Origin: an uncultured Bacilli bacterium | GTDB taxonomy: Bacteria > Bacillota_I > Bacilli_A > RF39 > UBA660 | DNA length: 64,000 nucleotides | Direction: 5' to 3' | Assembly: GCA_947628565.1 (NCBI GenBank) | Contig: CANRAH010000003.1 | Span: forward strand, 28,047-92,046 | In this document: piece after piece, positions 9,972-20,753 of the stretch | How the letters are laid out: every line of letters begins with the position of its first letter | Numbering within the stretch: the first letter of the stretch is position 1 | The notes under the pieces: model-generated | Databases searched by the model: none | The model's input: only the letters and a program-made list of their open reading frames with translations | What the model was told of the DNA's origin: nothing | Made by a program: the position numbers and the translations under genes

Positions 9972-11272
9972 AAAAATTAAAATATTTATTTTTATTACTA
10001 TTTATTTTATTTGGATTTAAAATGAATATAAAAGCTGAAGAAGTAAAGTGTAGTTATAGTTCTACTCAGGGTTTAAATATGACTTTACATGTAACTATAG
10101 AGGATGGAGATGTGGAGAATTTATCATCAGTAGGTACCTTAAATGGAGAAGATAGATATGATTCATCTATTGTTAGAACATCGAACCATTTTAAATATGC
10201 AAAAGAGGCCATAAGTAAAAACGAATGCCCAGATTATGCAATTTATGTCGATAGGTGGGGAGAGAATACGATATACCTTGCAACATCGGAAAAAATAATT
10301 GAATTAAATTCGTTTCTTAGTAATAATGCAAAATGGTATCAAAAGCAGATTTATGCTACTTATACATTTAAATTAATAAGATCAGAAGACCAGGTTCCAG
10401 TTACTATTAAGTATAATCCTAATTTACCTAATAATTTGAATCTTTCTGAGGATAGTGTTGATATGAAAAGTCAAACAATAAATAATTTTCAGGGCGGACG
10501 TATTTCTGTTAATACATATCATATATATCAATATGACTTTCTTGGATGGAGAATAAAAAACAGTAATAACAAATGGTTGTGCTCTGATGGAGAATATAAA
10601 AATGATTGTGAAGAGAAATATTATAAATTATCTGATGGTGCACTTTTACAAGTACCAATAGAAGGCAATGCTACAAATTTAGAATTATATGCACTTTGGC
10701 AACTTTCAAATTATGCAACCCCTCTTACTATAAATCAAAATTATATAGCAGAAAATAGAAAAAGTTATTGCACAGGAAGAGGATATGTATGGAATGATGA
10801 ATATGGTTATTGTAATACAGATAATTTATTGTATGTAAAATGTGGTGATAGTTATGATATTCCAAATAAAGTTCCTGCTATAATTAGTTTCTTTGTTAAT
10901 TTACTTAAAATAGCAACTCCAATAATTTTAATAATAGTGAGTATAATTACTTTGTTTAAAGCACTTGTAGCATCAAAGGATGATGAAATAAAAAAAGCTA
11001 AAAATTCACTTGTAAAAAAAATCATTGCTTCAGTATTTGTATTCTTTGTAATATCTATTGTACAATTTGTAGTAATGAGGGTATCAGATAGTTCAGAAAA
11101 AGAAAATATATCGTCTTGTTTATCATGCTTTTTAAATAATGATTGTTATAATACTCTTTATTTTAAAACAAATGTTGCTGGAAATTATTTATGTACAACA
11201 TTAGATAAAATTCAAAGTCCAACATATTCTTCAGAATACACTGTGACATGCGATAATTATTATAAGCAATAA
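9968..11272 (+). CDS. secreted Cys-rich protein with Listeria/Bacteroides-type repeat and C-terminal two-helix membrane hairpin (paralog of 1083..2420)
   Basis: Signal peptide present. A Flg_new/List_Bact-like repeat is visible (YDFLGWRIKN...LELYALWQ). The C-terminal hairpin is helix 1 (IATPIILIIVSIITLFKALVAS), the KDDEIKKAKNSLVKK turn, and helix 2 (IIASVFVFFVISIVQFVVM), followed by an 80-aa Cys-rich tail. The start overlaps the pduL stop (ATGA). Confidence 0.6.
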   Translation: MKKLKYLFLLLFILFGFKMNIKAEEVKCSYSSTQGLNMTLHVTIEDGDVENLSSVGTLNGEDRYDSSIVRTSNHFKYAKEAISKNECPDYAIYVDRWGENTIYLATSEKIIELNSFLSNNAKWYQKQIYATYTFKLIRSEDQVPVTIKYNPNLPNNLNLSEDSVDMKSQTINNFQGGRISVNTYHIYQYDFLGWRIKNSNNKWLCSDGEYKNDCEEKYYKLSDGALLQVPIEGNATNLELYALWQLSNYATPLTINQNYIAENRKSYCTGRGYVWNDEYGYCNTDNLLYVKCGDSYDIPNKVPAIISFFVNLLKIATPIILIIVSIITLFKALVASKDDEIKKAKNSLVKKIIASVFVFFVISIVQFVVMRVSDSSEKENISSCLSCFLNNDCYNTLYFKTNVAGNYLCTTLDKIQSPTYSSEYTVTCDNYYKQ

Positions 11273-11341
11273 TTTGACAAAATATATCAAATATGATAAC
11301 ATTAAAACGTCTTAAATAAGACGTTTTTAGTTGGTGATAAT

Positions 11342-12193
11342 ATGTCAAAAATACTTACCATGCCAAAGGACATGAACGAGATTTTAGATACAAAAGAAAT
11401 TGTAGATGGCTTTATTATAGGTATAAAAAATTTGAGTATAAACGTTAATATGTGCATAGAAAATTTAGAATTATTAAATGATATTAAAGATAAAGATATA
11501 TTTATAAGTTTAAATAAAAATATGCACAATAATGATTTAAAAAAAATAAAAGACATATTGATTGAACTTAACAACTATAATATAAAAGGTGTTATGTTCT
11601 ACGATATGGCTGTTTTAAATATATATAAATCATTAAATTTAAATTATGATTTAGTTTGGGCTATGGAACATGCTGTAACAAATTATATGACGATAAATTT
11701 TTATAATGATTTGGGCATTAATTATGCATATTTATCAAGTGATATAACTGAAAACGAAATAATTAATATAGAAAAACATAGCAAATCTAAATTAATTGTT
11801 AATATGTTTGGATATTTACCAATGTTTGCATCTAAAAGACATATAGTAAAAAATTATTTAAATTATTTTAATCTAAAAGATAAATCTAAAATTAATTATA
11901 TAGAAAATGAAGGAAATATATATCCTATTATAGATAATAATTTAGGTACAGTTTGTTTATCTTGTAATATATTAAATGGAATAAAATCATATTTAAATTT
12001 AGATGTAGAATATATTGTATTAAATAGTTTTAATATAGATTTAGATAAATTTATAGAAGTAATAAAATTATTTAAATCAGTTAACAAGAACAATATTGAA
12101 GAATATAATAAAAAAATAAATAATAGTTTCAAGAATATAGATACAGGATTTTTAAATAAAGAAACTATATATAAGGTGAAGAAAAATGATTAA
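11342..12193 (+). CDS. peptidase U32-family protein (YrrN-like, short form)
   Basis: It lies immediately upstream of, and overlaps, the canonical U32 peptidase gene. Weak similarity to the U32 core. Confidence 0.4.
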   Translation: MSKILTMPKDMNEILDTKEIVDGFIIGIKNLSINVNMCIENLELLNDIKDKDIFISLNKNMHNNDLKKIKDILIELNNYNIKGVMFYDMAVLNIYKSLNLNYDLVWAMEHAVTNYMTINFYNDLGINYAYLSSDITENEIINIEKHSKSKLIVNMFGYLPMFASKRHIVKNYLNYFNLKDKSKINYIENEGNIYPIIDNNLGTVCLSCNILNGIKSYLNLDVEYIVLNSFNIDLDKFIEVIKLFKSVNKNNIEEYNKKINNSFKNIDTGFLNKETIYKVKKND

Positions 12194-13382
12194 GCCAGAA
12201 TTACTTGCTCCAGCAGGGGATTTAGAAAGATTAAAAATAGCTTTAAGATATGGCGCTGATGCTGTATACATAGGCGGCCCTTCTTTGAATCTTAGAGCTA
12301 ATGCAATAAATTTTACAATTGACGAAATAAAAGAAGGTGTAGATTTTGCCCATAAATTAGGTAAAAAAGTATATGTAACAGTTAATATAATTTTACATAA
12401 CGAAGAGTTAGTTAAAATAGACGAATATCTAAAAAAGCTTGATCAAATAAAGGTAGACGCAATAATTGTAAGTGATCCTGTAATTATAAAAGAAGCACTG
12501 GAGAAAACTAGTTTAGAAGTACATCTTTCTACGCAAACAAGTACTTTAAATATTGAGGCGTGTAAATTTTGGAAAGATATGGGCGTAAAAAGGATTGTTT
12601 TAGGGCGTGAATGTACTAAAGAGGAAATAAAAGAAATAAAAGATAATGTAGATATAGAACTTGAAACATTTATACATGGCGCTATGTGTGCAGGATATAG
12701 TGGAAGATGTGTAATGTCTAATTTTTTTACTAATCGCGATGCAAATAGAGGTGGATGTAGTCAAATATGTAGATGGGATTTTAACCTATTAGATGAAAAT
12801 TTTAATAATATAAAAGGGGATATGCCTTTCACTTTTTGTTCAAAAGATTTATCTATGTTAAGATATATACCAGAAATGATAGATATGAATATAAGTTCGT
12901 TTAAAATAGAAGGAAGAATGCGTTCTATTTATTATATTGCTACAGTAGTTTCTATATATAGAAAAGTTATTGATGAATATTGTAACAATAAAAAGTCTTA
13001 TGAATATAATATTTTGTATGAAAATGAATTAAGGAGATGCGCAAACAGAGATTCTGTTCCACAATTTTTTAATGGAGTATACAATGAAGAAGCTAGCTAT
13101 TATAATGGCAGAATAGAAGTATCTAATCAAGATTTTTTGGGAATTGTAATCGATTATGATAAATCTACAAAAATAGCAACTATAGAACAAAGAAACTATT
13201 TTAAAAAAGGTGATATAGTAGAAATATTTGGACCAAATCATGAAACTATAGAATATAAAATAGATAAAATTTTGGATGAAGATGGAAATATAATAGATAT
13301 TGTAAGACATCCAAAACAAATAATAAAATTAGAAATATGTAGAAATATTGAAAAGTATGATATGATAAGAAAAAAATATTGA
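12186..13382 (+). CDS. peptidase U32 family (collagenase-like PrtC/YrrO)
   Basis: PELLAPAGDLERLK, GADAVYIGG, HLSTQ and FIHGAMCAGYSGRCVMSNF are U32 signature segments. Confidence 0.8.
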   Translation: MIKPELLAPAGDLERLKIALRYGADAVYIGGPSLNLRANAINFTIDEIKEGVDFAHKLGKKVYVTVNIILHNEELVKIDEYLKKLDQIKVDAIIVSDPVIIKEALEKTSLEVHLSTQTSTLNIEACKFWKDMGVKRIVLGRECTKEEIKEIKDNVDIELETFIHGAMCAGYSGRCVMSNFFTNRDANRGGCSQICRWDFNLLDENFNNIKGDMPFTFCSKDLSMLRYIPEMIDMNISSFKIEGRMRSIYYIATVVSIYRKVIDEYCNNKKSYEYNILYENELRRCANRDSVPQFFNGVYNEEASYYNGRIEVSNQDFLGIVIDYDKSTKIATIEQRNYFKKGDIVEIFGPNHETIEYKIDKILDEDGNIIDIVRHPKQIIKLEICRNIEKYDMIRKKY

Positions 13383-13438
13383 CAAACAAAAAAATATGTA
13401 GTATTATTTTGTTTGCTTACGAGAATGAGGTGAATTAT

Positions 13439-13909
13439 ATGTCAGAGGAAAAGGAACTATATTTAACAGAAGAAGGTTTAAATGAAATAAAAAAGGAGCT
13501 TGATGAATTAATTCAAGTTAAACGTCCTGAAATTATTTCAGCTTTGAAAGATGCTCGTGCACAAGGCGATTTAAGTGAAAATGCTGAATATGATGCTGCG
13601 CGTACAGAACAGGCTATAGTTGAGTCTAGAATTAAAGAATTAGAATCAATGTTAAAAAGAGCAAAAGTAATAACTAAAGTTGATACTGATGTAGTATCAA
13701 TTGGTACTAAAGTTACTTTAGAGTACGTTGATGACGAAGAAAAAGAGGAATACTTTATAGTGGGAAGTAAAGAGGCAGATCCTTTTTCAAATAAAATTTC
13801 TAACGAATCTCCAATAGCAAAAGCTATATTGGGATTAAAAGTTGGAAGTGTTGTTTCTGTTGATAGTCCGAACGGAAAATATGACGTAAAAATTTTAGCA
13901 ATAAATTAA
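13439..13909 (+). CDS. greA: transcription elongation factor GreA
   Basis: LTEEGLNEIKKELDEL...ARAQGDLSENAEYDAAR is GreA consensus. The start is taken at MSEEKE, preceded by the RBS gaggtg. Confidence 0.85.
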   Translation: MSEEKELYLTEEGLNEIKKELDELIQVKRPEIISALKDARAQGDLSENAEYDAARTEQAIVESRIKELESMLKRAKVITKVDTDVVSIGTKVTLEYVDDEEKEEYFIVGSKEADPFSNKISNESPIAKAILGLKVGSVVSVDSPNGKYDVKILAIN

Positions 13910-13976
13910 AAAATTGTGAAATACAATTTTTTTCTTTATTTTAATATGATATAATGTGTAAAAGGATAGTGATTTT

Positions 13977-14696
13977 ATGTTTTTAAAACATAACGCAATA
14001 TTAATTATTCATGGCTTTTTAGGAGGTACTTATGATGAAGAAGAACTTGCAAATTTTCTTGAATTAAATAGAAATTTTGACGTTTTTCAATATACTTTAC
14101 CAGGACATGAAAAAAATTTTAGTAAAGTAACATATGATAAGTGGGTTTCATATAGTAAAAAAGAAATTGAATGGCTAATATCTAAAGGATACGATAGTAT
14201 TTATTTAATAGGCCATAGTATGGGCGGAGTTATAGCAACACTTCTTGCAACAGAATATAAACAGGTAAAAAAACTTGTGCTTGCTGCTCCTGCTTTTCAA
14301 TATTTACATGTTGTGAAAAATAATATAAATCTACATGAATCATTAAATGTTACACCTAAAGTTATTAAAACTTATGGTGGAAGTGAGATTGTTGCAAGAT
14401 TTTTGAAACTTAATCCACAGGCAATCAAAGAATTTATGTCATTTGTAAAAAAATATTATGATTGTCCTAAAAAATTGAATACAACACTTTTAATTTTGCA
14501 AGGTAAAAATGATGATATAGTACCACTTTCATCTTCAGAGTACGTATATGATAGCGCATTATCAAAAGATAAAAAATTAATTTATTTGAATAATGTTACG
14601 CACGATATATTTAGATGTAAAAGAAAGTATGAAATATTTGATATTATTTTAAAATTTCTAAAATATGGCTTAAAATCTGGAATTGATAATTTATAA
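13977..14696 (+). CDS. alpha/beta hydrolase (carboxylesterase/monoacylglycerol lipase-like)
   Basis: HGFLGG oxyanion region and the GHSMGG nucleophile elbow. Length about 240 aa. Confidence 0.6.
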   Translation: MFLKHNAILIIHGFLGGTYDEEELANFLELNRNFDVFQYTLPGHEKNFSKVTYDKWVSYSKKEIEWLISKGYDSIYLIGHSMGGVIATLLATEYKQVKKLVLAAPAFQYLHVVKNNINLHESLNVTPKVIKTYGGSEIVARFLKLNPQAIKEFMSFVKKYYDCPKKLNTTLLILQGKNDDIVPLSSSEYVYDSALSKDKKLIYLNNVTHDIFRCKRKYEIFDIILKFLKYGLKSGIDNL

Positions 14697-14757
14697 AAAC
14701 AGTTGATTAATATTATTATAAATGTTATAATATCTACGTTATTTTGGAAGTGATTGA

Positions 14758-15780
14758 ATGAGGACAGATGACTTTGATTTTGAACTAAAAGAAGAATTAA
14801 TTGCTCAAACTCCACTTGATAGAAGAGATTCTTCTAAATTACTTATTTTGGATAAAAATACTGGGCAGATAGAACATAGTAAATTTTGTAATATAGTAGA
14901 TTATTTAACTAAAGATGATGTACTTGTGTTAAATGATACTAAAGTAATGCCAGCGCGAATAATTGGAGTTAAAGAAGATACAAAAGCTGTTATAGAAACA
15001 CTTATGTTGAAAGAAAAAGATAAAGATGAATGGGAAGTATTATGCAAACCTGCAAAAAGAGTTAAAGTAGGTACAAAGATAATTTTTTCTAGTAATTTGA
15101 GTGCTATATGCACGGATGTTTTAGACGAAGGTATTAGAATATTTAAATTCATATATGATGGAATATTTTATGAAATATTAGATGAATTAGGTGAGATGCC
15201 ACTTCCTTTATATATACACGAAAAATTAAAAGATAAGGATAGATATCAAACCGTATATGCAAAAAACATAGGTAGTGCAGCGGCACCAACAGCAGGACTT
15301 CATTTTACTAATGAACTTTTGGATAAAATTAAATCTAAGGGAATAAAGATAGTATTTATAACTTTACACGTTGGACTTGGGACATTTAGACCGGTTAAAG
15401 TGGAAGATGTAAAGAAACATAAAATGCATAGTGAATTTTATAGTATGAGTAAGGATACAGCTGATATTTTAAATGCTGCTAAAAAAGATAAAAAGAGGAT
15501 AATAAGTGTTGGAACAACATCTACTAGAACGCTTGAAACTATTATGGGATTGTATGGAAAGTTTAAAGAATGTAGTGGATGGACAGATATATTTATATAT
15601 CCTGGTTATGAATTTAAAGCTATAGATGCGCTTATTACTAATTTCCATTTACCTAAAAGTACTTTGATTATGTTAGTAAGTGCTTTTGCAACAAAGGAGT
15701 ACATAATGAAAGCATATAAAGAAGCGATAGAAAATGAATATAGATTCTTTTCGTTCGGCGATAGTATGTTTATAAAATAA
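14758..15780 (+). CDS. queA: S-adenosylmethionine:tRNA ribosyltransferase-isomerase QueA
   Basis: N-terminus [26 protein letters not shown], plus the ...[10 protein letters not shown] and [10 protein letters not shown] motifs. Confidence 0.9.
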   Translation: MRTDDFDFELKEELIAQTPLDRRDSSKLLILDKNTGQIEHSKFCNIVDYLTKDDVLVLNDTKVMPARIIGVKEDTKAVIETLMLKEKDKDEWEVLCKPAKRVKVGTKIIFSSNLSAICTDVLDEGIRIFKFIYDGIFYEILDELGEMPLPLYIHEKLKDKDRYQTVYAKNIGSAAAPTAGLHFTNELLDKIKSKGIKIVFITLHVGLGTFRPVKVEDVKKHKMHSEFYSMSKDTADILNAAKKDKKRIISVGTTSTRTLETIMGLYGKFKECSGWTDIFIYPGYEFKAIDALITNFHLPKSTLIMLVSAFATKEYIMKAYKEAIENEYRFFSFGDSMFIK

Positions 15781-15805
15781 AAAATTTGAATTGGGGGAAT
15801 TTGAA

Positions 15806-16537
15806 ATGAAAAACTTAAGAGTATATAAAAGCTTTTTAGATATTGTTTTAAAAAATAGAATAAACTATGAAGAGAATAGAATATTATTAGTACCACAGAG
15901 TAAAACCTTTACTTTAGCCCTAGATTTTTTAGGATATGAAGATAAATATTATGAACAAGCATTTAGAAGTTTATTAGAAAATAGAAAGGTTAAATTAAGA
16001 AAAAAACATATAAATAGTAGTGATAATTTGCAAATAATAAAAACGAATACTCTTGATGATACTTTTAATCTTATGAATGCATTTTCAGCATATATGAATT
16101 CAAGAAATTATACAAACGAAACTATTTTCTTTAATAGAACTTTACCTATGTTATTAGAATTAAGATTATATGAATATTTAAAAAATACTGATATTTCTAA
16201 AGAAGCAAAAAAACAAATTAAAAATATTTTATTTGAAAATTATAAAATGATTAAAAATTATAAAGAACTTGTTAATATAGATTCAGATAAATTTTTCAAA
16301 TATTTATTTGGAACAGTTATGTCAATTTATATAAATAGCAATATAGAAACTGGTAATATATCTAAAAATGAATACTTATATTTAAGTCATAATATTAATG
16401 ATATTCCATTAAGAACGTTAAATGATATTTTATCACTTGATATGTGTGTTAATGAAACTGGTATAGATATGTCAAATGAATCATTAGAAAAATTAGAAAA
16501 GACATATAAAAAAGAAATTATGAACTATGAAAGATAA
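15806..16537 (+). CDS. hypothetical protein
   Basis: ORF with a GGGGGAA RBS 6 nt upstream of the ATG at 15806. No family was recognised. It is inserted between queA and miaA. Confidence 0.45.
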   Translation: MKNLRVYKSFLDIVLKNRINYEENRILLVPQSKTFTLALDFLGYEDKYYEQAFRSLLENRKVKLRKKHINSSDNLQIIKTNTLDDTFNLMNAFSAYMNSRNYTNETIFFNRTLPMLLELRLYEYLKNTDISKEAKKQIKNILFENYKMIKNYKELVNIDSDKFFKYLFGTVMSIYINSNIETGNISKNEYLYLSHNINDIPLRTLNDILSLDMCVNETGIDMSNESLEKLEKTYKKEIMNYER

Positions 16538-17414
16538 AATAATTGTAATATTAGGGCCAACAGGAGTTGGTAAAACAAGATTAAGTATAGAACTTGCAAA
16601 AATACTTGATGGAGAAATTATAAATGCAGATAGTACTCAAATCTATAAAGATTTAGATGTAGCAACAGCAAAGGTGACTAAAGAAGAGATGGGTCAAATA
16701 CCACATCATCTTTTAAGTATAAAGGATATTTTAGAAAATTATACAGTATATGATTATCAAAAAGATTGTAGAAGTAAGATTAAAGAAATAAAACTAAGAA
16801 ATAAAATTCCGATAATTGTTGGAGGAACAGGTTTATATATAAAAGCAGCGCTATTTGATTATGAATTTGAAGAAGAACAATTTTCTTTAAATTATGATGC
16901 TATTAAAACAACAGAATTATTTGATATGTTACTTAAAGTAGATAAAAATACAAATATACATCCTAATAATCGTAAAAGAATTATAAGAGCGTTAAATTAT
17001 TACAATAATACAAATAAACCGTTAAGTGATAAAAAAAATGCTAATAAGCTTTTATATGATGCTATTTTTATAGGACTTACTCTTGATAGAGAAAAACTTT
17101 ATGAGATTATAAATAAAAGAGTAGATATAATGGTTTCAAATGGACTTATAGATGAAGCAAAAAGATTATATGATAGTGGTATAAGAAGTAAAGCAGTTAT
17201 GACACCTATAGGTTATAAAGAATTATTTAAGTATTTTGATAGTGAAATTTCACTTGATGAAGCATTGGATTTAATTAAGCAAAAAAGTAGAAAATACGCT
17301 AAAAGACAATATACTTGGAATAATAATAAATTTAATATAAATTGGTTTAATGTAGATTCGAATAATTTTGAAAATACTGTAAAAGAAGTGTTAACATTTA
17401 TAAATAAAGGATAA
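16527..17414 (+). CDS. miaA: tRNA dimethylallyltransferase MiaA
   Basis: P-loop GPTGVGKT, followed by IINADSTQIYKDLDVATAK and HHLL. Confidence 0.9.
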   Translation: MKDKIIVILGPTGVGKTRLSIELAKILDGEIINADSTQIYKDLDVATAKVTKEEMGQIPHHLLSIKDILENYTVYDYQKDCRSKIKEIKLRNKIPIIVGGTGLYIKAALFDYEFEEEQFSLNYDAIKTTELFDMLLKVDKNTNIHPNNRKRIIRALNYYNNTNKPLSDKKNANKLLYDAIFIGLTLDREKLYEIINKRVDIMVSNGLIDEAKRLYDSGIRSKAVMTPIGYKELFKYFDSEISLDEALDLIKQKSRKYAKRQYTWNNNKFNINWFNVDSNNFENTVKEVLTFINKG

Positions 17415-17471
17415 CTAGAGTTTACTAAATTTTTTTAAAGTGATATAATCAAGTTATAAATGGAGGTTAAT

Positions 17472-18188
17472 ATGCAAAATAATGATGTAGATAGAAAAAT
17501 GAAAAAAGAAACAAGACCAAGAATGGTTTATCCAAAAGAACACAGCGCTGCATTGGAAAAAATACATTATTTGCAATCTGAAAACAAAAAATTAAAAGCA
17601 GAATTGAAAAGAGTTAAAATTATTCTGACTGAAGAAAAAAAATCTTCTTGTATTAAGGTGGCTATATCTACATTTTTAATTTCAGCAGTGATTGCAGGTT
17701 CTGCTATTGGTATAATTAAACATAATGAGTCAAGTGCTCAAAATGATATTATTCAAACTCAAATTGAAGATTTTTATGAAATTGTAAAAGATAATACAAC
17801 TGCTATGCATGATCCTGATGGAAATACTACTTATAAACATACAGAAAAACAAATTAATAGAATTGCTTTGGAACTTATGAGAGATCCAGATAATTTTGAT
17901 ATAAATCTATATGCTGTTTATGTTAATTTCCGTGAGCATTATTACAATGAGGCTTGTGCGATAGGTACATTAGATGATATATATAAGGCATATAATCATT
18001 TAGCTCCTTCTAATGGTGTAGATGAAAGAGAAAATGAAAGCTTTCATGATTTTTGCAAAGCTAATCACTTTACTGATGAAAACGGGAATATCTCCATAAG
18101 CAAATATACAAATGCTATGGACCATCAAATTATTGTACAAAATAATATTGAGAAATATTCTGAAGAACGATTAAATAGGAAAATGTAG
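17472..18188 (+). CDS. hypothetical single-pass membrane protein
   Basis: The ATG at 17472 follows a GGAGG RBS. A basic coiled-coil N-terminus, one TM segment, then a roughly 160-aa extracytoplasmic domain. Confidence 0.45.
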   Translation: MQNNDVDRKMKKETRPRMVYPKEHSAALEKIHYLQSENKKLKAELKRVKIILTEEKKSSCIKVAISTFLISAVIAGSAIGIIKHNESSAQNDIIQTQIEDFYEIVKDNTTAMHDPDGNTTYKHTEKQINRIALELMRDPDNFDINLYAVYVNFREHYYNEACAIGTLDDIYKAYNHLAPSNGVDERENESFHDFCKANHFTDENGNISISKYTNAMDHQIIVQNNIEKYSEERLNRKM

Positions 18189-18196
18189 GTGGTAAA

Positions 18197-18433
18197 ATGG
18201 AAGAAACAATTGATTGTGTAATTTTAGAAGATGGAGTACAGTATGCTATTATAGATGAAATAAATACACCTATTGCGACCTATTTTTATTTAGCAAATGT
18301 AAACGATGGAAAAGATATTTGCATTAGAAAACTTTCTAATGAAGATGGTAAAGAATATTTAGTAGGTTTAGATGGTGAAGAGGAATATAAAAATGCACTT
18401 AGAATTTATTATGAAAAAGTAAATGGCAAATAA
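18197..18433 (+). CDS. DUF1292 (YrzB-like) small acidic protein
   Basis: 78 aa. The pattern ILEDGVQYAIIDEI...YFYLANVNDGKD...LVGLDGEEEY fits the DUF1292 consensus. An AGGTGG RBS is present. Confidence 0.5.
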   Translation: MEETIDCVILEDGVQYAIIDEINTPIATYFYLANVNDGKDICIRKLSNEDGKEYLVGLDGEEEYKNALRIYYEKVNGK

Positions 18434-18478
18434 AGCCATTTTTCTTTTTGTATGTTATAATATTCACGAGGTGATTTA

Positions 18479-20686
18479 ATGGACTATATAAAAGGCATAT
18501 TTAGACAAACAATATTTAAGAGTGATAAAGGTTACATTATAGGTCTTTTAAAAATTTTAGAAACGAATGTTGAGGAATTAAAAATTTATATAAATAAAAT
18601 TATAACATTCACGGGTTATTTTGCCGAATTAAATGAAAATGATAAATATGTAATGTATGGTGAAGTAGTGAATCATCCAAAGTACGGTTTGCAATTCAAT
18701 GTTACTGAATCTCAGAGGATAAAACCATCTGATAAGGAAGGCATAGTTGAATATTTATCAAGTCCATTATTTAAAGGAATAGGTAGCAAGTTAGCTCAAA
18801 AGATCGTAGATACACTTGGTAATGATGCACTAAATAAAATATTAAGTGATAAAAATTGTTTATATCAAGTTCCTAAATTATCGGAAGAAAAAATAAATTT
18901 AATTTATAATACATTAATGAAATATGAAGAATCTCAAGAGTTTGTAGTTAAACTTACAGAACTTGGATTTACATTAAAAGACGCTTTAAATATATATAAT
19001 GTATATAAAAGTAATACAATAAGAAAAATTGAAAATGATATATATGGAATAATAGATGATATCGATATTAGTTTTAATAAAGTTGATGAAATAGCTCTTA
19101 ATTTAAATTCAGACAAATTTAATATAAATAGAATTAAAGCTTGCATTTTATATGTTATGAAAAATTTATGTTTTAAAAATGGAGATACGTATTTATATAA
19201 AGATGAAATTTATTCAGAATTATCATTATATTTAAAAAATGAAATAGATTACGATACATTTATAGACGCTTTAGATGATTTACAAATGGATTTAAAAATA
19301 AAAATAGAAGATGACAAGTATTATATTTATGAAGATTATGAAGCAGAAGAATATATAGCAAGTAAAATAACTTATTTAATTAACAAATCTACAGTAAAAT
19401 ATAAAAATATTGATAAAAAAATTTTGGAACTTGAAAAAAAATACGATATAGAATATAGTGAAAAGCAAAAAGAGGCTATAATAAAGGCATTAGAAAATAA
19501 TATAACAATTATAACGGGAGGACCTGGAACAGGAAAAACTACAATAGTAAAAGCAATAGTGGAATTATATAAAATATTAAATAAATATACATTGCAAGAG
19601 TTATCAGATAAAATAGCGCTTTTAGCTCCTACAGGAAGAGCAAGTAAACGAATGAGTGAGTCAACATTAAAAAAGGCAAGTACAATACATAGATTTTTAA
19701 AGTGGAATAAAGAAATAGATGAATTTATGGTTAATGAATATAATCCTGATTTTTCCAATTTAATAATTGTAGATGAAGTAAGTATGATAGATAGTAATCT
19801 TTTTGCAAATCTTTTAAAAGGTCTAACTAATAACATTAAATTGGTACTTGTAGGAGATTATAATCAACTTCCAAGTGTTGGTGCTGGTAATATATTAAAA
19901 GACTTAATAGATAGTGAATTAATAGATGTAATAGAGCTTGATTTATTATATAGACAACAAGAAACAAGTTATATACCAGTTCTTGCAAATGATATAAAAA
20001 ATGATATATTAGATTTAGATTTTTTGACTGATAGACCTGATTATAAATTTTTAAGATGTACAAGTGATTTGATAATACCAAGTTTAATAAATATTGTAAA
20101 AAAGGTATTAAGTAAAGGTTATGATTATAAAAAAGTTCAACTAATGGCTCCAACTTATCTTGGTATTAACGGAATAGATAATATAAATAAGGTATTGCAG
20201 GATGTTTTTAATGAACCAGATATAAACAAAAAAGAAATAAGAGTACAAGATATAATATATAGAGAAAATGATAAAGTGTTACAACTTGTAAATGATCCTG
20301 ATAATAATGTTTTTAATGGAGATATTGGCATAATAAAAAAGATAGGATATAGTAAAGATAAATCTGTTCCTGAAATAACTATAGATTATGATGGAACTTT
20401 AGTTACATATCAATCAAAAGATTTTAATAAATTTAAACATGGTTTTATAATTAGTATACACAAAAGTCAAGGTAGTGAATTTGAATTGGTTATAATGCTA
20501 GTAAGCAGTTCATATAAAAGAATGCTTTATAAAAAATTAATATATACAGCAATAACTAGAGCTAAGAAAAAGCTAATAATAATAGGAGAAGCTGAGAGTT
20601 TTATATATGGAATTAAAAATAATAATGAAAAGTTGAGAAAAACAAATTTACTAAAAAAAATATTAGATTTTTTGAATAAAAAATAA
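18479..20686 (+). CDS. recD2: ATP-dependent RecD-like DNA helicase (RecD2/YrrC)
   Basis: 735 aa. Walker A ITGGPGTGKTT, the LLAPTGRASKRM and VDEVSMID motifs, and a C-terminal SIHKSQGSEF motif. Confidence 0.9.
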   Translation: MDYIKGIFRQTIFKSDKGYIIGLLKILETNVEELKIYINKIITFTGYFAELNENDKYVMYGEVVNHPKYGLQFNVTESQRIKPSDKEGIVEYLSSPLFKGIGSKLAQKIVDTLGNDALNKILSDKNCLYQVPKLSEEKINLIYNTLMKYEESQEFVVKLTELGFTLKDALNIYNVYKSNTIRKIENDIYGIIDDIDISFNKVDEIALNLNSDKFNINRIKACILYVMKNLCFKNGDTYLYKDEIYSELSLYLKNEIDYDTFIDALDDLQMDLKIKIEDDKYYIYEDYEAEEYIASKITYLINKSTVKYKNIDKKILELEKKYDIEYSEKQKEAIIKALENNITIITGGPGTGKTTIVKAIVELYKILNKYTLQELSDKIALLAPTGRASKRMSESTLKKASTIHRFLKWNKEIDEFMVNEYNPDFSNLIIVDEVSMIDSNLFANLLKGLTNNIKLVLVGDYNQLPSVGAGNILKDLIDSELIDVIELDLLYRQQETSYIPVLANDIKNDILDLDFLTDRPDYKFLRCTSDLIIPSLINIVKKVLSKGYDYKKVQLMAPTYLGINGIDNINKVLQDVFNEPDINKKEIRVQDIIYRENDKVLQLVNDPDNNVFNGDIGIIKKIGYSKDKSVPEITIDYDGTLVTYQSKDFNKFKHGFIISIHKSQGSEFELVIMLVSSSYKRMLYKKLIYTAITRAKKKLIIIGEAESFIYGIKNNNEKLRKTNLLKKILDFLNKK

Positions 20687-20753
20687 AAAGCGTGAAAAAA
20701 TAAAAATGTATATAGAAATATATACATGTTCATATTTCTAGTGAGGTGATTTT

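Noticed and set aside
19372-20153. Minus-strand ORFs 19372..19836 and 19836..20153 inside recD2
   Set aside because: Antisense to a well-supported helicase gene. Low-complexity hydrophobic translations.
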